A stretch of 64,000 nt of DNA from an uncultured Acidobacteriota bacterium (GTDB lineage: Bacteria > Acidobacteriota > Vicinamibacteria > Vicinamibacterales > SCN-69-37). The stretch is from NCBI GenBank assembly GCA_963780895.1, contig CAWAEG010000011.1:37024-101023 (forward strand), given 5' to 3'. The position numbers were made by a program, and so were the translations under genes. The notes below the pieces were generated by a model. It worked only from the letters and a program-made list of their open reading frames with translations. It did not search any database and was not told where the DNA came from. Shown one piece after another: positions 59,984 through 64,000 of the stretch (its first letter is position 1; each line of letters opens with the position of its first letter).

Positions 59984-61343
59984 ATGACCTTCGACGTGCA
60001 TCGCAAACGGGTCGTCGTCGTGGGGGGAGGCCGGAGCGGCCACGCCGCGGCGGAGCTGCTCGTCTCGAAGGGCGCGCAGGTCGTCTTGAGCGACACGGGT
60101 CAGGCGCTCGACGGCGCCGACGAGCTTCGCGCGCGCGGGATCGAGGTCGAGCTGGGTCCACACCGGGCGGACCGGTTCGCCGCCGCGGATCTCATCGTCG
60201 TGAGCCCCGGTGTGCCGTTCGACCAGGAAGCGCTCGTGGCCGCCCGGGCGGTCGGCGTGCCGGTCATTGGCGAGATCGAGCTCGCCTCGCGATGGCTCTC
60301 CGGCCGTGTCATTGCGATCACCGGCACGAAGGGGAAGTCGACGACGACGACGCTTGCGGCTCGAATGCTGACCGAAGCCGGCTTCGACGTCACGGCCGGC
60401 GGCAATCTCGGCACGGCGTTGAGCGCGCAGGTGGCCGAATCGCGGCCCTCGTCGCTGCACGTGGTGGAAGTGAGCAGCTTTCAGCTCGAGGCCACCGACA
60501 CGTTCCGTCCCTGGATTGCCGTTCTGCTCAATCTGGCGCACGACCACCTCGATCGGCACGGATCGTTCGAGGCGTACGGTCGGGCCAAGGCGCGCGTCTT
60601 CGCGAATCAGACGCCTGCGGACTGGGCCGTGGTCAACGCCGACGATCCCGCGGCGCTGGAGCTGGCGCGAAACGCCCGAGCACGCCGGTTCGATTTCGGC
60701 GTGCAGACGCCGGTGACGCCGGGCGTGACGGTCGACGGCGGCCAGATTGTTCGCCGCGGCCCGACGGGCGCGACGCCGCTGCTGCCCGTCACGTCCGTAC
60801 GGCTTCCGGGCCGGCACCTGCTGGACGATGTCCTGGCGGCCGCGGCCGTCGGCACGCTCGCGGGTGTCCCGCCTGGCGGCGATGCGCCGCGCAGTGGAAG
60901 GCTTCAACGGCCTCGAGCACGCGCTGGAGCGCGTGGCCGAGATCGACGGCATCCGGTTCGTGAACGACTCGAAGGCGACGAATGTCGTCTCCGCCCGGCG
61001 CGCGATCGAAACCTTCGACCGCGGCGTGGTGGCCATCATGGGCGGCCGGTTCAAGGGCGGGGACCTCGCCGACCTGCGCGAGGCGGTCGCGCAGCGTGCG
61101 ACGGCCGTCGTGGCGATCGGCGAGGCGACGCCGCTGATTCACGAGGCGCTCGACGGCGTGACGCCGATTCATGACGCGGCGTCGATGAGCGACGCGGTCC
61201 GTCAGGCGTTCGCGCTCGCGCGGCCGCGCGGTGTGGTGCTGCTCGCGCCGGCGTGCGCGAGCTTCGACATGTTTCGCGACTACGCCGAGCGTGGCCGCGC
61301 GTTCAAGGACGAGGTGGGAAAGTTGAAAAGCGCTCCAACTTAG
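59984..61343 (+). CDS. murD: UDP-MurNAc-L-Ala:D-Glu ligase; +1 frameshift near 60875
   Basis: SPGVP, TGTKGKST, EVSSFQL, DHLDRH, then NDSKATN and PACASFD in the next frame. Confidence 0.93.
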
Positions 61344-61435
61344 AACTGAGAACTCTGAACTGAGAACTGGCGCGCCCAGGCGCGCGCCAGGGTTCCGCGT
61401 TCTCCGTTCAAAGTTCCACGTTCTGAGTTTCAAGT
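61342..61435. repeat. Inverted heptamer arrays (AGAACTG)n ... (GTTCnnn)n around a GC palindrome
   Basis: agaactg agaactc tgaactg agaactg, then ggcgcgcccaggcgcgcc, then gttccgc gttctcc gttcaaa gttccac gttctga. Confidence 0.7.
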
Positions 61436-61451
61436 GACGGAGTTTTTGGTT

Positions 61452-61527
61452 GCGGCCGGAGTGGAGCGCGCGTCGACGCGCGAGCGTAACGAAGGCCGCC
61501 AGTCGGGGTGCAGGGGTCCCCGACGAT
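61452..61527 (+). repeat. Dispersed repeat with GTCGGGG..CCCCGAC hairpin, copy 1
   Basis: Near-identical to 62795-62900. Confidence 0.85.
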
Positions 61528-61534
61528 GAATAAA

Positions 61535-61658
61535 CGAGCAGTGAACAGTCATCAGATCGGGCGCGGCGGCAAGGAGCTGGCCGCTGGGAACACAGGCCGC
61601 CCCGGCCTGTGAGGCTGAGTGTCCTGGTCCAACCCGGCTGATGACTGTTGACCGCTCG
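61535..61658. other. Structured element closed by a 21-bp imperfect IR, immediately 5' of ftsW
   Basis: 61535-61555 pairs with 61638-61658 (2 differences). Internal hairpins include cacaggcc/ggcctgtg. Confidence 0.6.
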
Positions 61659-61672
61659 GGAAATACAGATCC

Positions 61673-62792
61673 ATGGCCCGAACACTGAAGTCTGACAAAT
61701 TGCTCTTCTGGGCCACGCTGCTGCTCGTCGGCATCAGCGTCGTCATGGTCTACAGCGCGTCGGCGGTGCAGGCGCTCGACAAGAGCCAGTTCTCGGGCGC
61801 CGTCCTGTTCCGGCAGTTGACCTGGGCCGTCCTCGGCGTGGTTCTGCTGCTGGTCTTCATGCGCATCGACTACCACACGCTACCGGCAACCCGCCCTGAT
61901 CTGGACGACACTGTCGATTGCGGTGGTGCTGCTCCTGGCCGTGTTCTTCTTCCCCGAACGCAACGGCACGCAGCGGTGGATCGTGATCGAGCCGATTTCC
62001 ATCCAGCCCTCGGAGCTGGCAAAGCTGGTCGCGATCATGTTCGCGGCCGCGCTCCTCGAGCGCCGCATGCACCGCGTGAACGAAATCGCGTACACCCTGG
62101 CGCCGATTGGCATCATCACGCTGGGGCTCGCGAGCCTGATTGTCCTCGAGCCGGACTTCGGGACCGCGGCGGTGCTCGTCCTCGTCGTGACGTCGATCGT
62201 CTTCTCGGCCGGTCTGAGCTATCGCTACTTGATCGGCGCGGCGCTCCTGATGGCCCCGGTGGCGACCGCCGTGCTCGTGGCGGCGCCGTACCGCCGAAGG
62301 CGCCTGACGGCCTTCATGGATCCGTCGAGCGATCCGCTCGGCCTCAACTTCCAGCTGAACCAGTCGCTGATCGCCGTCGGGTCTGGCGGTCCGCTCGGCA
62401 CCGGCCTGATGGCCGGCATCCAGAAGCTGTACTACCTTCCCGAAGCGCACACGGACTTCATCTTCGCCGTCGCCGGCGAGGAGCTCGGACTGCTGGGCAC
62501 CGGGCTGATCCTCGTCTGCTTCGGAGTGATGGGATGGCGCGGGCTCCGCACGTCGCTGCTCGCCCCGGACCGGTTCGGATCGCTCCTCGCGCTCGGGCTC
62601 ACGATGATGGTCCTGCTTCAGGCGTTCGTGAACATGAGCGTCGTGCTGGGCCTGCTGCCGACGAAAGGGATTCCCCTGCCGTTCGTGAGCAACGGCGGAT
62701 CGTCGCTCGTGATCAACCTGGTCGCGATGGGGATCTTGCTCAACATCTCGCAGCAGTCATCGCCGACGGCGGCGGCGACGGCGGCTGCGTGA
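61673..62792 (+). CDS. ftsW: SEDS peptidoglycan polymerase FtsW; +1 frameshift near 61877
   Basis: MVYSAS, NGTQRWI, QPSELAK, EPDFGT, LPEAHTDFIFAV and PTKGIPLPFVS. Confidence 0.93.
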
Positions 62793-62794
62793 TA

Positions 62795-62900
62795 GCGGCT
62801 GGAGTGGAGCCGCCTTCGCCAAGGCTACGGCGCCCAAGGCGAGCGTCGAAGCGCGAGCGTAACGAAGGCCGCCAGTCGGGGTGCAGGGGCCCCCGACGAT
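62795..62900 (+). repeat. Dispersed repeat copy 2, carrying a 30-nt nested insert (62809-62838)
   Basis: Same core as copy 1 plus gccgccttcgccaaggctacggcgcccaag. Confidence 0.85.
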
Positions 62901-62931
62901 CAAGCAGGGAGTGCCGGTAGGGTGCGCGCGG

Positions 62932-64000
62932 ATGAGCGTGGATCGGCGGAGTCTGGCGATCGTCGTGGCCGGGGGCGGAACGGGCGGTCATCTCTATCCG
63001 GGGATTGCCGTCGCGCGCGAGCTGCTTCGCCGGATGCCGGGCGCGCGGGTCACGTTCGCCGGCACGGCTCGCGGACTGGAGGCGCGCGTGGTGCCGAAGG
63101 AGGGCTTCGAGCTCGACATGATTCGAAGCGCCGGGCTGAAGGGGAAGTCGCTGATGTCGCGCCTGCGCGGCGCCGCGCTGCTGCCGATGGGGCTGGTCGA
63201 CGCGACGCGAATCATCCTGCGGCGGAAGCCGGACGTGGTGATGGGCGTCGGCGGCTACAGCTCGGGACCGGTCGTGCTCCTCGCGGCTCTCGGCGGCATC
63301 CCGACGATGGTGCTCGAGCAGAACGCGGTGCCGGGGCTGACGAATCGAGTGCTGGCGCGATGGGTCCGCGCCGCGGCGGTCACGTTCGAGGAGACGCTGG
63401 AGCATTTTCGCGGGAGGGGGTTTGTCGCGGGCAATCCGGTTCGGCGTGAGTTCTTCGACGTGCCCGAAAGGCCGCGCGTCGACGGTCAGACGCGGAAGGC
63501 TCGGATCCTAGTCCTTGGCGGCTCCCAGGGTGCGCGCGGGATCAACCTGGCCATGGTGGCGGCGGCGCCGGAGCTGGCAAGACGGCGGCCTGATATCGAG
63601 CTCGTCCACCAGACGGGCGAGCGAGAGCTGGCGCAGGTTCGAGAGGCGTACCAGCGGGCGGGCGTGGAGGCTCGGATCGTCGCCTTTCTGGACGCCGTGG
63701 CTGACGAGATGACGGCGGCGGATTTGATCATCTCGCGAGCCGGTGCGACCGCGCTCGCGGAGCTGGCGGCGGCGGGGCGGCCGGCGATCCTCGTGCCGTT
63801 CCCCGCGGCGACCGACGACCACCAGCGCAAGAACGCGCGCCTGGTCGCCGACGCGGGTGGGGCAGTGGTGATCGACGAGTCGGAGATCTCCGGCTCACGG
63901 CTGGCGGATGTCGCCGAGAGGTTGCTCGCCGACTCGCCGAAGCTGGCCGTGATGAGCCGTGCGATGCGGGGGCTGGCGCGTCCGGATGCGGCCTCGCGGA
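62932..64000 (+). CDS. murG: Lipid II GlcNAc transferase MurG; 3'-partial
   Basis: Translated by hand from ATG 62932: GGGTGGH, GGYSS, EQNAVPG, GNPVR, GGSQGA and HQTG. Runs off the window. Confidence 0.95.
   Translation, partial: MSVDRRSLAIVVAGGGTGGHLYPGIAVARELLRRMPGARVTFAGTARGLEARVVPKEGFELDMIRSAGLKGKSLMSRLRGAALLPMGLVDATRIILRRKPDVVMGVGGYSSGPVVLLAALGGIPTMVLEQNAVPGLTNRVLARWVRAAAVTFEETLEHFRGRGFVAGNPVRREFFDVPERPRVDGQTRKARILVLGGSQGARGINLAMVAAAPELARRRPDIELVHQTGERELAQVREAYQRAGVEARIVAFLDAVADEMTAADLIISRAGATALAELAAAGRPAILVPFPAATDDHQRKNARLVADAGGAVVIDESEISGSRLADVAERLLADSPKLAVMSRAMRGLARPDAASR

Noticed and set aside
55697..61880. Programmed frameshifting or pseudogenisation of ftsI, murD and ftsW
   Set aside because: No slippery heptamers or other decay are seen, and the same +1 pattern occurs throughout the window, so sequencing error is more parsimonious.
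1..64000. Numerous long antisense or alternative-frame ORFs (e.g. 4864-6174, 8588-9841, 37791-39722, 57284-58756)
   Set aside because: They shadow well-supported genes, show no recognisable motifs, and are expected from stop-codon scarcity at high GC.
1..64000. tRNA, rRNA, transposase, integrase, prophage or defence genes
   Set aside because: No supporting motifs were seen by eye; a tRNAscan/Infernal run would be needed to exclude small RNAs formally.

Overview
High-GC bacterial chromosomal window. The gene content (a Hanks-type kinase with a PD40/TolB-like propeller, tricorn protease, fused E1 alpha-beta, dcw order) suggests Acidobacteriota, probably Vicinamibacteria; this is an inference. 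There are three blocks. (1) 1-16.7 kb: respiration, catabolism and proteolysis genes (cytochrome b/c fusion end, acyl-CoA ligase, amidohydrolase, APC permease, tricorn, kinase, 2-oxoacid dehydrogenase E1, cupin, lemA-htpX). (2) 16.7-50.8 kb: an approximately 34-kb, almost entirely minus-strand cell-surface glycosylation locus with 4 GT-C membrane transferases, 5 polyprenyl-phosphate-type GT2s, 3 GT4s, a GT9, Wzx, MurJ, a DegT aminotransferase, 2 SDR epimerases, 2 methyltransferases, a deacetylase, a GNAT and 3 radical SAM enzymes. (3) 50.9-64 kb: ychF and the dcw cluster mraZ-rsmH-ftsL-ftsI-murE-murF-mraY-murD-ftsW-murG (partial). About nine single-base frameshifts, several in essential genes, look like long-read errors. 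The most interesting non-coding signals are a candidate ECF/sigmaE-driven ~80-nt sRNA with an anti-SD-like seed, a palindrome doublet that supplies stop codons and SD sequences at three gene junctions, an inverted-repeat-flanked 50-aa membrane micro-ORF, a duplicated kinase N-terminus cut by a repeat, a structured leader before ftsW, several other REP/MITE-like families, and many apparently leaderless promoters. No rRNA, tRNA, CRISPR array or transposase was seen.
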